Assembly (NCBI RefSeq): GCF_028641065.1
Contig: NC_073386.1
Span: forward strand, 22,630,001 to 22,694,000
Length of the DNA stretch: 64,000 bases
DNA from: Leucoraja erinacea
Lineage: Eukaryota
Direction: 5' to 3'
Notes under the pieces: model-generated
What the model was told of the DNA's origin: nothing
The model's input: the letters and a program-made list of their open reading frames with translations, nothing else
The model's database searches: none
In this document: piece by piece, positions 50,961 through 62,954 of the stretch
Numbering within the stretch: position 1 is the stretch's first letter
How the letters are laid out: the number at the start of each line of letters is the position of its first letter
Program-made: the position numbers and the translations under genes

Positions 50961-52996
50961 AAAATGTCCCTAAACTCCCTTTTATACATCTTCTGCTACA
51001 CAGAAATCACCAAGAAAACAGGACTGCAGGCGAAATAAAAATCGATAAAATTCCAGCTAATTCAAACTCGTCTGTGAAAAGGAGACAAAATTAATTGTTA
51101 TTTGAGCAAATATGACAATTAACATGCATTTTATGAAAGAAAACATATCTGACAATCTTAACCAATGCACTTCATAACAGATGGGGTTGAAGACATTGAC
51201 AATTTTGACTTTGTGATTGGTGAGAAAAGAACAACTTGCAAATAATCTCAAAGAAAGCTGCCCACAAAGCTCTAGTCATTGGTGGTGTGGATTTACACAC
51301 TTCTGCAATTAGTTCCTGTCAGTTTTCAATACAAGCCAATAGCTGGCACCCAGCATCTCTGCTGTCACCACAGAGGTTGAACACTCAAACAAACTGAAAC
51401 ATTCTCAACAAAATCAAATGCTTTTCAGTTTTTACCTGGCAGTAAAATACTGGGACATACCCATTTGATTATTTATACTTAATTAGATTGTGTATATCAG
51501 AGGGAACTATGCTGCATACATTTTTCCAGACCAGATATTTTGCTAAGCACACCACGTATAAGCTCATTTTGATTTCATGGATCAAAACCTAACATTTTCA
51601 GGAGTAGTTGCAAGATAACATTGTGAATATCTCAATGTTCACTTTGATTAAATTGATTTCTCTCAAAACCAATGGGAAATACTTCTAAATAGTCAAGACA
51701 ATGAATCACTGCCAGTACCTTGTGAGATTCCTTTGGAAAAAATGTGAGATTGCCTATGGTTACTGTTTGGATTTTGTAGAGTAAATTTGTCACAGTCTTG
51801 AATTTTATAGAATTTAAGTAGCAGAAGCTGTGTGCATATATTATTGGCTAAGATGCAAATCAGAGTATTGTGATGTACGGTTATCATTCAAACTGGTGGA
51901 TGATACTCAGCGGACAAAACCAGTGGTCACATTAGAGTCACTGCAATCAAGTTCATAGATGATAAAGTTTGTAACAATGGTCAGTGAGTACAGTAGTACA
52001 TAACAAAGACTTGCTTTATATAAGCAAACAACTTAATGCGAAATGGTTTGAAGAATGAATTTGGACGAAATGTTTAAATAAAAGCAATATATTCAAGGGT
52101 GACAAGAACACTTATTTATATATTCAGATTTGATGAAGTGGCTAAACAAGATAAGCAGCTGCTAAAAATAAAAGCAAAGTGTTATTTTTGGCTTACGGCA
52201 TTAATTTACAAAAAAACAGCAGTTATGCTAACAATTTATAAATTCGTTGTTACTCCAGTTAGGATATGGGTTCAAATCTGGGAATTGATTAAAAAAAGGA
52301 TATTTAAACCCGTCATGGTGGCAACAGATATTTACCATAAATTATATTTTCCATAATTTTTTTTATTTTTGTAGACTGAAGAGGTTGCAGTTGAGCTTCT
52401 GAAGAGATTTAGAGATATTCAGCTCTTTCAAGAGTATTTATTATTATAAAGTTATAATGGAATTATACTTTTTACTGCCAGGAAGGGTAAAAACCAAAAG
52501 CTACAGATATTAGTTCACTCGAAAATCCAGAGGATAGTTGTGGGATTTTCCTTTACAATAAATTATCCGTCTAGCCGATACTACGTAATAAGATAATAGA
52601 AACAGATTTAATGCTACATTCTCAAAACAAAATGTGTACATAAAAATAAAGCTGAAGCGTCATGAATAAAGGTAGGACAATGGGCCTAAATGGTTCACCG
52701 TTTTAAAGTGGCCGGATAGGCCTGATGGACTAGACTGCTTCTTCGTGCTACAATTATATAATGTAATCGCTGTCCAAGTCAAGAACCATTTTGACCGTCT
52801 TTACTTTGGATGGGCTCTCTACTTTCAAGAAAAAGAAAATAGCTGACTTTTACTTATAGCTGGTCAAACTATGGTACTTCTGGGTAGACCAACATTAAAC
52901 AACTACTTAGGATGTCATCACCTATACTTAATGTTCCCCTGTGTCTATATTCTTAAGGTACATACGGCTCCCAATTTTATTCAAAATGGGGACACT

Positions 52997-53703
52997 ACTT
53001 AAAGGAGATTGTTAAGGGCTTGGACAAGCTAGAGGCAGGAAACATGCTTCCGATGTTGGGGGAGTCCAGAACCAGGGGTCACAGTTTAAGAATAAGGAGT
53101 AAGCCATTTAAAAAAAAAAAATGAAATGATTCAATTTATTGTCATTGTCAGTGTACAGTACAGAGACAACGAAATGCATTTTTAGCATCTCCCTTGAAAG
53201 GGAGACACAGGGCGTCGCGGTGTGCCCGCGCCTGCCGCCGTGACGAGACGAGAACGGAGACGAGGAAAACACTTTGTCTCACGGAGAGTGGTGAGTCTGT
53301 GGAATTCTCTGCCTCAGAAGGTGGTGGAGGCAGGTTCTCTGGATGCTTTCAAGAGAGAGTAATGCCCGACCCACTTAGGAAACCCGAACGGAAACCTCTG
53401 GAGACTTTGCGCCCCACCCAAGGTTTCAGCGCGGTTCCCGGAGGTTGCAGGTAGGGAGACTGACAAAAACCTCCGGGAACCGCACAGAAACCTTGGGTGG
53501 GGCGCAAAGTCTCCAGAGGTTTCCGTTCAGGTTTCCTAAGTGGGACAGGGGCATTAGATAGGGCTCTTGAAAATAGCAGAGTCAGGGGATATGGGGAGAA
53601 GGCAGGAACGGGGTACTGATTGGGGATGATCAGCCATGATCACATTGAATGACAGTGCTGGCTCGAAGGGCCAAATGGCCTACTCCTGCACCTATTGTCT
53701 ATT
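52997..53703 (+). mobile_element. CR1 3' fragment with two nested insertions
   Basis: KGLDKLEAGNMLPMLGESRTRGHSLRIRSKPF is interrupted at about 53110-53250 by a minus-strand retroelement tail and at 53363-53553 by a MITE. Confidence 0.85.
53363..53553. mobile_element. PIF/Harbinger palindromic MITE, same family as 16393
   Basis: Near-identical to 16393-16598; flanks TAA / TTA. Confidence 0.88.
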
Positions 53704-53724
53704 AAATCCAATGAACACATTAAC

Positions 53725-54355
53725 CACCGGGTGGTGCCAGCAATGGCTGCCTCGTCAACACTGTTTCCATCTTTGTGTTTAAATAGTAAGTATTAAGGGT
53801 ATAGTTTTGTGTTCTTTAGCTTGTTTTATGTGGGGGGTGGGGGATTTGGGGAAACCTTTTTCTAATCTCTTACCTCGACGGAGATGCAATATTTTTCCCA
53901 TATCGTATCTCAGTCCACACTGCGGTCTAACATTGAGCAATTGACGGCCTTTGCTGGAGACCAACTTTTGAGAGCTCCACTGTGGGAGTCTGCAGACTTA
54001 CCATCGTGGAGCTTACGATCCCTTTGTCAGTGATCGACCTCGGTGCTCCAACTGCTGGAGCCTGTGGTCTCTGGTTAGAGACCGACCGGGAGCTCCAAGC
54101 CGCTGGAGTTTCAACCGCCCCGACACGGGAGCTTCGACCGCCCCGACAGATGGCTCGACTGCCCCGACCGCGGGAGAATTAAAGAGGAAGAAGATTGGAC
54201 TTTTTTGCCTTCCATCACAGTGAGGAATCCGCTGTGGTGGATGTTTATGTTAACCTTTATGTATGTGTGTGTCTTGGTGCTTTTTTCTTGTATGGCTGCA
54301 TGGTAATTTGCATATCACTGTACCTTAATTTGTACATGCGACAATAAAAGACCTT
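53725..54355 (+). mobile_element. GC-rich non-autonomous retroelement with Rex-type tail
   Basis: Starts ccgggtggtgccagcaatggctgcc, carries the gccttccatcacag hairpin and ends cactgtaccttaatttgtacatgcgacaataaa. Confidence 0.65.
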
Positions 54356-55761
54356 TGAATCACCGCATTCAAGTTTACTGATGACCAAATTTGTAATAAT
54401 AGCGATTACAACAGTACATCATGAAAAGTGAAAGAGCTAAGTCAAATCTAAAAAGGAGTCGTTCTTCTACAAAAGCATGGACTAGTAGAACAATGGAATG
54501 GTTCGGTGCCACGTCTGAATGACTTTGTAAATTATATGGAACACAATATGGAGGACAGGTTGTCATTTCCATAAAGACATTAAGATGGCAACCTGCAGTA
54601 ATAACATGTGATTCATTCAAGGCCATAAAAAAGCCAAGATTGAAAAAAAATAGCTGATGCTCCAGAGATAAGTAATAACTTGTTATTGGATGAGCTGGAT
54701 TTGGTCCCAGCTTTCCTATATTGTGAAAGCCCACATAATCTTTCAGTCATGTCATATTCAGACTTGGTAGGAGTGTTTTACTGATAAGAAAAATGTATAA
54801 TTGTGCTAACTCTCCTTTGTTCTGTGAGTGGAGCACGAGAAGCACTGAGCAACGTTTGTGCTCATTGTAGATATTTGCCACTCCCACCTGACGAATCAAT
54901 TAAAGATTGCCATGGTCTGTCTTTAACGTGTGTTGCTATCTGCTTCTTAAGAAACTAACTTTGACAAGAGACTTGGAGCAATCAACTCAATCCCTTTAGT
55001 TTCAATAGCTATGGCTCTCACAATAAGGCATCTTTCTTTTAAATATTTTCCAGCTTTGTCAGCTAATAAATTTTGGCAAGTAATAGCTATATAATCTAAG
55101 AAATTATCATTCATTAGTTCCATTACATAACTCTTTGTCAGCTGTGGCTATAACGTTTTGGACAACTATTTCAATTATTTTCTGTTTTGTTCTTTTTAAA
55201 TCTGTGTTGATTGCACCCAGATACAGAAACATGGAAGCTTTTTGTTCAATAGATGACAACTTGCTTTACACCTCCAGGAACCTGGGCTCAATCCTGAACT
55301 CCACTTTGTCTGTGTGGAGTCTGCAGATGTGTAGGTTATAAGGAAATAAGAGAAGGGATTGAAATGGGTGGGATTGCTTTGCTGGACACCAACAATGGCT
55401 CTATGGATCAAACAGCTTCCTTCTGTGTTGCGATACAAGCAAAGTTCAATTTTCTAATGTAACCTACCAAGACACAATTAAGTTAAGATTTATGCAACCA
55501 GAAAACATTAATCCCAAGAAAGTCACCCCATTGCAGACAAGCTGCAGTAATATTACAAAAAGAATAAAACCTAATGCAAATACACCTGTTAATAGCATGC
55601 AGATGAGCCCCTTGTCATGGCCATTTAGTTACAAAACGTTGTCCTCAGAATTCACAACACTCTCACGAAAATCGTCAGCATTAAAATTCACTCTGTGGAA
55701 AGTACTTGCTGGAGTTTAGAAGAATAAGGGAGCAAAGGACAAAGTGGGAATGAGGACAAAG

Positions 55762-56089
55762 TGGATGTGGAGAGAATGTTTCCACTAGTGGGAGAGTCTA
55801 CGACTGGAGGTCATAGCATCAGAATTAAAGGATGGTCCTTTAGGAAGGAGATGAGGAGGAATTTCTTTAGTCAGAGGGTGGCAAATCTGTGGAATTCTTT
55901 GCCACAGAAGGCTGTGGAGGCCAAGTCAATGGATATCTTTACGGCAGAGATAGATTCTTAATTAGTACGGGTATCAGGGGTTATGGGGAGAAGGAAGGAG
56001 AATGGGATTAAGAGAGGTACATCAGACATGATTGAATGGTGGAGTAGACTTGATGGGCCAAATGGCCTAATTCTGCTCCTATCACTTAT
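55762..56089 (+). mobile_element. CR1 3' end
   Basis: DVERMFPLVGESTTGGHSIRIKG...FFSQRVANLWNSLPQKAVEA, followed by the tail. Confidence 0.88.
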
Positions 56090-56942
56090 GAAAGATTATA
56101 AAGACCTCGTAGTTAATGTGGTAAGAAATTATTGCCATAATTAAATAAACCAGTTAATTGTGGTTTTAAGTCTTACTGAAAAATATTGAAATTAGGAAAT
56201 CACAATTTTTTTCCAACCATATGTGACAAAATGAAACAAAAACAGAAAATGTTGGATAGATGCAGCAAGGCAGGCAGAACTAGGAGAGAAAAAAGCATCT
56301 GAGATTTTAATTTTCTTTCTGTCGATGCTGCCTGACCTGCTGGGTGTTTTTCGCGTTTCGTTTGGGTTTCAAATTTCCAGCATCGGCAGTTTTTGATTTC
56401 TTTTGCTCTGACAAAATGAAAATACATGTTATTTTTTAACAGTAGCCAACCTTGTTATTAGAATAGTAAAGGTCCAACCCACTCCTAAGCATACAATCAG
56501 ACATCCAATATTGAAAGCATCTTCAAGCTGTTATGTGAAATAAACATGTTACTGTTTTAACTGGAAACATTACAGATATGATGTAACTGCAATTACCACT
56601 GATCTGTTTTTATTGTAGGAATGTTTTATATAACAGTTGCTCGAAACAGATTACTGTAACACCCACAAGACTCAGACTTTTCAGTTTGAACCTGCTCATA
56701 ACTGAAAGTGAACCTCTTCATGCTAACAGCCTTGTCCAATTGTAAGATATTTTACAATTTCCTTTGTTCTTGACTAATTTTGATAAAATTGAAATAATAT
56801 TTCAGCGAAAGAATTATGACTGGAAATTCTGAACCTGATCAAATCCCATTTACTAAAATGCAGTAACCAATTTCAGATCAACCACTGGTGAGGTCTGTTG
56901 AGCATTACTTTAGTTCGTAACAGCGGAATCAATGAGAAAGGG

Positions 56943-57003
56943 TATCTATCTATCTATCTATCTATCCATCTATCTATCTATCTATCCATCCATCCATCCA
57001 TCC
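56943..57003. repeat. (CTAT)n/(CCAT)n microsatellite
   Basis: Tetranucleotide tandem seen directly in the sequence. Confidence 0.95.
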
Positions 57004-57860
57004 ATACACAACTAAAACTCTGATCTTGCTATCTTCCGTTTCGGCGGTTTTTCTATTTGCGCAAAAACGGTCTGCGATAGCGCTACGATTTTACGCCAGT
57101 TCACTCACCGTTCTCCTGTGCTGCGAGTGCACCATTTCGTTCCAATCGGCTGAACGTTAGTTAGAAGTTAGCAAGGTTTAAAAACCTTAAAAACGCTCAT
57201 GCACAGATCGATCTCTTCTCCTGCCAGTCAGTGCCGCACGGATTAGTCTCTTCCCCTGTCACTCCCTGGGACGGCCCGCCCCTTCCTGCGCCATCATGTC
57301 TTTACTGGAGCTGTGGGTGGCTGGTGGAGGTTTCCAACCGGACTTTCGGAGGCCCCGAAGCAGCCCAGCCCCAGGCAGCTGCCCAGCGTCGGAGACCCAG
57401 CCCTGCCCGGAGTTGCTGACGTCGCCAAACAGTCAGCACAGACATTGATCCCGGCGGAGAACAACCAGCGACCAGCACCCGCTGTGAATCTCTATCGCAC
57501 CGCCAATTCCAGCCACTACCCCTCTGGTCCCCCACGCTGGCTCTCCCCTCCCCCGTGATGCCCCCCACTCCCCCATGGCTCTTCCACCGTCTTTTCACAG
57601 AGCTCACACCCCTCCCCGCACAACCCCCATCCCTTTCCCCACAACACCTCCGCCCGCACACACCCCCAGCCCCCCACCCACATACACCCTCGCCCACATC
57701 CCTCCGCCCCACCCCACCACATACACACCTCTCTCCCCATCCCTTTTTCCCCCCCTCCTACACCTCCCCGTCCACACATACATACCCCTCCCACCCCATA
57801 AATGCCCCTTCCATCCCACATATATCCCCCCCCCTCACTTCCCTCCACCCCTCCCACATA
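57004..57860 (+). mobile_element. Possible Helitron-like non-autonomous fragment ending in a C-rich low-complexity tract
   Basis: The TCTA-repeat start is followed by actaaaactctgatcttg...caaaaacggt...gatagcgc and a CpG-rich body. No 3' hairpin or CTAG end was seen. Confidence 0.4.
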
Positions 57861-58225
57861 TACACAAGATACTATAAGTTGTCTTTTTGACTAAAATCAA
57901 AAATGTATCCATCTTTTCTTATCTCAAAAAGAAGAAAAGAAAGTAAGTTAAGAGGAACACGGATTTCGCAAAGTCTATGGACAATAAGTGGGCAGTAACA
58001 GTCAGAATAATATAGAAAATGTACAATTATTCACCAAAGATGATAAATATTAGAAAACATTTTAAGAATGAAAAACCAAAAATATTGGCAAAATGAACTC
58101 AATACGTAGATTCGCATGATTCAAAAAGGTATCACGCAAGCACAGAATACAATTAGTTACTTCTGTAGCCACAGCTGCCCTGGGGCAGACTGACGGAAGC
58201 GTGGCTGCTAATCTGCGCCTATGGC

Positions 58226-58565
58226 GACGACAGATGGCGCAATGGGCTAAGTGTTCGGCTGGCAACCGGAAGGTAGCCGGTTCGAATCCCGCTTGGAGTG
58301 CATACTGTCGTTGTGTCCTTGGGCAAGACACTTCACCCACCTCTGCCTGCGTGTGAATGTGTGTGAGTGACTGGTGGTGGTCGGAGGGGCCGTAGGCGCA
58401 GATTAGCAGCCACGCTTCCGTCAGTCTGCCCCAGGGCAGCTGTGGCTACAGAAGTAGCTCACCACCACCGAGTGTGACTGAGGAGTGAATGAATAATGCG
58501 ATGTAAAGTGCCTTGAGTATTAGAAAGGCGCTATATATATATAAATAAATAAATCCCATCCATTA
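58226..58565 (+). mobile_element. tRNA-derived CORE-type SINE with L2-type tail
   Basis: A-box TGGCGCAATGGG, B-box GGTTCGAATCC, core ttgtgtccttgggcaagacacttcacc and tail tgtaaagtgccttgag...aaaggcgctatata. Confidence 0.85.
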
Positions 58566-58737
58566 GTTAGGCAAAGTGGTATGCTGTCCTTCACTGCAAG
58601 GGGTTGGAGCGCAAGATTTAAAAAAGTATTGTGGCTACATACAATAATATGAGAGAACACATGTCCATACTGCATGGCCTTTCCAGATACAATATTTGAA
58701 GGCATGTACCACAAGATTCAGGAACAGTGGCAGGAAC

Positions 58738-59016
58738 AGGTACAGTGGGGCAGTGGTAGAGTTCCTATCTTACAGTGTTAGAGGCCCAGGTTCGATCCTG
58801 ACTATGGGTGCTGTCTGTGTGGAGTTTGCACAGTCTCCGTGGATTTTCTCAGGATGCACCGGTTTCCTCCCACATTCCAAAGATGTGCGGGTTTGTAGGT
58901 TAATTGGCTTTTGTAAATTGCCCCTAGTGTGCTGGATGCGTAACTGGGAAACATAGAACTAGTGTACAGGTGATCTTTAATCGGCATTGAGTTTGTCGGT
59001 CATTCTGTATCTATGA
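58738..59016 (+). mobile_element. V-SINE
   Basis: B-box GGTTCGATCC and V-domain tgtctgtgtggagtttgcac...ggtttcctcccacattccaaaga. Confidence 0.8.
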
Positions 59017-59094
59017 AATGAGCAAAAAACTCCTTCCTCACTGTTAAGAATTTTGGACAGACCTCATGCCAGTGATGAATTTCTGATTTTTCAC

Positions 59095-59350
59095 CACAGA
59101 GTGTTGAGTCTGTGGAATTCTCACAGAGAGCGGTGAGTCTGTGGAATTCTCTACCTCAGAGGGCGGTGGAGGCAGGTTCTCTGGATGCTTTCAAGAGCTA
59201 GATAGGGCTCTTAAAAATAGCGGAGTCAGGGGATATGGGGAGAAGACAGGAACGGAGTATTGATTGGGGATGATCAGCCATGATCACATTGAATGGCGGT
59301 GCTGGCTCGAAGGGCCAAATGGCCTGCTCCTGCACCTATTGTCTATTGTC
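59095..59350 (+). mobile_element. CR1 3' end with a short tandem duplication at its 5' junction
   Basis: gagtctgtggaattctc occurs twice; the tail ends gcacctattgtctattgtc. Confidence 0.85.
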
Positions 59351-60147
59351 TTTCACTCTGCCTCATTGCGGTATTTGAATTTTTTAAATTTGAACTTTAC
59401 CTGGAACACTATTCTGCACTAATTGATGTACTCATATATGGCATTATTTGCCTGGATTGCATGCAAAACAATGTTTTTCACTGTATATTAATACACATGA
59501 CAATAATAAACTGATGTTAATACCAATAGCATATAAAGAAAATATCTGGTTTGAAAACACAGAAAAGATTCAAGATCATCTACTACTTAAATCCCGATGA
59601 GAATTTTTTTGACTGAAATTCTCTACAACAAAGGACTGTGGATGATCAGCAGTTGAGTATGCTCAAGGTGAAGATAAATGATAGGAGAAAAAAAAGAGAC
59701 AAAAAGTGCTGGAGTAACTCAGCGAGTCAGGTGGCATCTCTGGAGAACATGGATAGGTTAAGTTTTGGGTCAGGATCTTTCACCCAGCCATGTTCTTCAG
59801 AGATGCTGTCTGATCTGATGAGTTATTCCAGCACTTTGTATATATATCTTTTTATCAACCAGCACCTGCAGTTCCTTATTTCTACAATAATAGATGGGAT
59901 GCAAATCAAGTGACATGCGTCTGAGCTCACCAAAGTCACCATTTTTATTGTCACAAAAATTTCCTCTGCTCAAAGTGACTGTAATTAGTCATACAGCAGG
60001 GAACCAGGCTCTTCGGACCAACTTTCCCATGTCAACCAAACTGCCCCATCTACCCTAGTCCGACCCATCTGTGTTTGACCCACATCCCTCCAAACCTTTC
60101 CTATCCATGTACGTCCAAATGTTTCTTAACGTTACATCAACCTATAA

Positions 60148-60502
60148 TAGAAACATAGAAAATAGATGCACAAGTGGGCCATTCGGCCCCTTGAGCCATT
60201 CAATATGATCATGGCTGACATTCAAAAAACAGTATCCCGTCCCTGCTTCCTCCCCATATCCCTAGATTACGTTAGCCCCAAGAGCTATATCTAACTCTCT
60301 CTTGAAAACAGCCAGTGAATTGTCCTCCAGTCTTTTGTGGCAGAGCATTCCACAGATTTCCAACTCTCTGGGTGAAAAAGTTTTTCCTCATCTGTCCTAA
60401 ACAACCCACCCCTTATTCTTAAACTCTGACCCCTGGTCCTGGACTCCCCCAACATCAGGAACATTTTTCTTGCATCTAACTGATCCAATCCCTTAAGAAT
60501 TT
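60148..60502 (-). mobile_element. CR1 3' end
   Basis: EILKGLDQLDARKMFLMLGESRTRGQSLRIRG, followed by the tail. Confidence 0.85.
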
Positions 60503-60523
60503 CAAATATATATATAAATCTCA

Positions 60524-60526
<3 letters not shown>

Positions 60527-60560
<34 letters not shown>
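60527..60560. repeat. (GT)17 microsatellite
   Basis: Seen directly. Confidence 0.97.
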
Positions 60561-60561
<1 letters not shown>

Positions 60562-61368
60562 TATACACATATATGTATATACATGTGTATATATTATAAA
60601 TAATTTAAACACTCTAGCAAACTTTGCATTAAATTGCAAATGCCACCTACTTCAAAAATAACCACAATGTACTAAAATCCACCTACCTAGGATTTATTTT
60701 CAAAACATAAACCAACCTTCAACATTGTAGTAAATATAATAACTTTTTCCAAACTGCCATTCTCACACTAGACCCCACTTTCATTCTCTGTCATTTTAAC
60801 TGCTGCAATCTTCCAATAGTGTCTTGGCTAGCAAATCAAAATGGTCATTTACAAATTACTGTATGGATCTATCCCATGCAAAATTGGTCACCTCTTGCAT
60901 CTCCAACAACATGGCGTGATTCTGACCGTGGGTACTGTCTGGCGGATTCTCTTCAGATCATATAGATTTTGCCAAAATACTCCCGTTTCCTCCATACCCC
61001 CCCCCCCCCCCCTCGATTTGCTGATTGTTTGTATAATTGGTGACTGCAAGTTATCCTTACACATGTGCCCGATGAGAGAAACAGGGGCAGTTAATGGACA
61101 TGGGAAAGAATAGATAACTAGGAATTGTGGAGATGACTTTGATCTAATTTGCCATAAATTCTAAGGGCCAAATGACAGTATTTATGTTCATATGGTAATA
61201 TATAATCATCCACCTGATTGAGAATCAGTATTTTTTTATCATGTCAATTTCAACATGGATGGAACAAGCTTTTGATCAAAATATGAACCTTGCATTCTGG
61301 AATTATCTCTCAGCCATTCTCTTTTGCTTTCACTCTCCAGGGTTGGTGGTTCTCTGGTAATTAGAAAC

Positions 61369-61420
61369 CTCGCCAAAGGTATATAATCACAGTATATGGC
61401 CATATACACCCGAGATGGAT
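61369..61420 (-). other. Candidate short 5' leader exon of GPBP1L1
   Basis: Strong acceptor ctg(t)12gtcAG|atc; the donor GAG|gtttct is weak, so the 3' boundary is uncertain. Confidence 0.35.
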
Positions 61421-62240
61421 CTGACAAAAAAAAAAAACAGCAACTAATCTACTTCAAGATAATATTGCTATATCCTGATCGCTACTAGACAAAGAATACA
61501 TTGGGATTCTCTCACAATACTTGATCCAAATTCATGGCAACAGGTAGAAGATAGAACAGTTAGAAACAGATACAGATGATTAATAATAGTACTGCATACT
61601 AACAAGGGAATTGAAAATCTTCACTCCTGACAATGTGGCTAAAAATGAAAAAAATACTCCATTAATTATCATGCAAGGTTAAAATGCATCTTAATGAAAC
61701 AAACTACCAAGATAGTTTTAAGTACAATGTGTTTCCTACGCATAAATAAATATTGGGAGCTTTCTCCACAATTTTATTGTGATGCTGAGGTAATAAAAAG
61801 GTCAACATTCCGAAAGACTATTCTAGTCACATTTAAAGTGTACAATTTTGTAAGCTTGCTATCTACAACTCTCATTAATCCAAATAGGTAAAAAATACAA
61901 ATTACATTTTGAAATTATTACAGTTTTGGGGTTCCACTGAAATTAACATGTCAATGACATACATAGAAGCAAATAAAAGTAGAATAAAACTTCCATAAAG
62001 AATTTAAGAGTTGTGAATATAATTAGAAGTCGATGTAAACAAATGCAAGGGACTACAATGGAAATGAATTATCATACCATCATATAAATATTAAATTAAA
62101 TATATGACCTAAAAATGTAAATGGTTTAGGATCCTTCACGCGAGGGGAGAGATAATATCCCACATAGCCATCTACGGCTGCCATTTCTGGCAAAGTCCAC
62201 AGACGGGAACAAACAGGACCGTATTGAACATATAATTTGC

Positions 62241-62269
62241 GGGGGGGGGGGGGGGGGGGGGGGGGGGGG
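62241..62269 (+). repeat. Poly-G run (29 nt)
   Basis: Seen directly. Confidence 0.95.
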
Positions 62270-62764
62270 AGGGGGTCATGTTTATGAGCAAAAGAAACCC
62301 AAATCAAAAGGTTCTAACTTCCACAGTAATAATTCTAGCTCAGTCCTAATAGACAAGCTGCTACCATACCCCACGTCAAAAGAAATCATTATTCAAAAGT
62401 AGATTTCCAACAATCCACTTTGCGGTGTTCAAATAGGAACTGTGGACTAACAAATATAAGGTGGAAGTTTAGGCCACAAATCAAATGTCACAAACACGAA
62501 TAAACTGACGCTGGGGAAACCTTCCGTTACATTTAGCACAGGTTGCACGGCACAATGGAGAAAAAATATAAAATTAAGTGCACATTTGGTTATAAAATGC
62601 AACGATAATAAAAGGCAGAGGACGGCGTAAGGCGGCTGGTGAAGCCCACGATGATAATAACAACAAACACTGGGCCAAAATGGCGACAAAGCAGCTGCAG
62701 GGTAATAACATTGGCTGCCTACCTACACGGGGAAGGAGGCAATGGGTCAGCGGCTGTCCCTTAC

Positions 62765-62930
62765 TTCAGGGCCTGGAGCTTTTGTCTTTTCTCCGTCTCC
62801 CTAACCAAGGTATTTCCGAGGTGTTTGTTTTTTTTTTGGTTTATAATCATCGACTCCTACTGCTATCCACTCTCTCTCTCGCTGCTGCTGCTGCCGACAG
62901 CTCTGCGCCGCAGTTTTTTTTATCTCTCCC
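62765..62930 (-). other. GPBP1L1: Putative GPBP1L1 exon 1 (TSS approximate)
   Basis: Donor GAA|gtaagg at 62764 inside the CpG island; YY1 motif (AAAATGGCG, 62677-62685) just downstream in intron 1. Confidence 0.6.
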
Positions 62931-62954
62931 CGCCCCCCTTCGCTGCTCGCACTC

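Noticed and set aside
57516-57890. Pro/His-rich and Gly-rich ORFs
   Set aside because: Low-complexity C-rich tract.
58226-58300. tRNA-like sequence with A and B boxes (also at 48021 and 58738)
   Set aside because: These are SINE heads continuing into core and tail domains, without a full cloverleaf; not tRNA genes.
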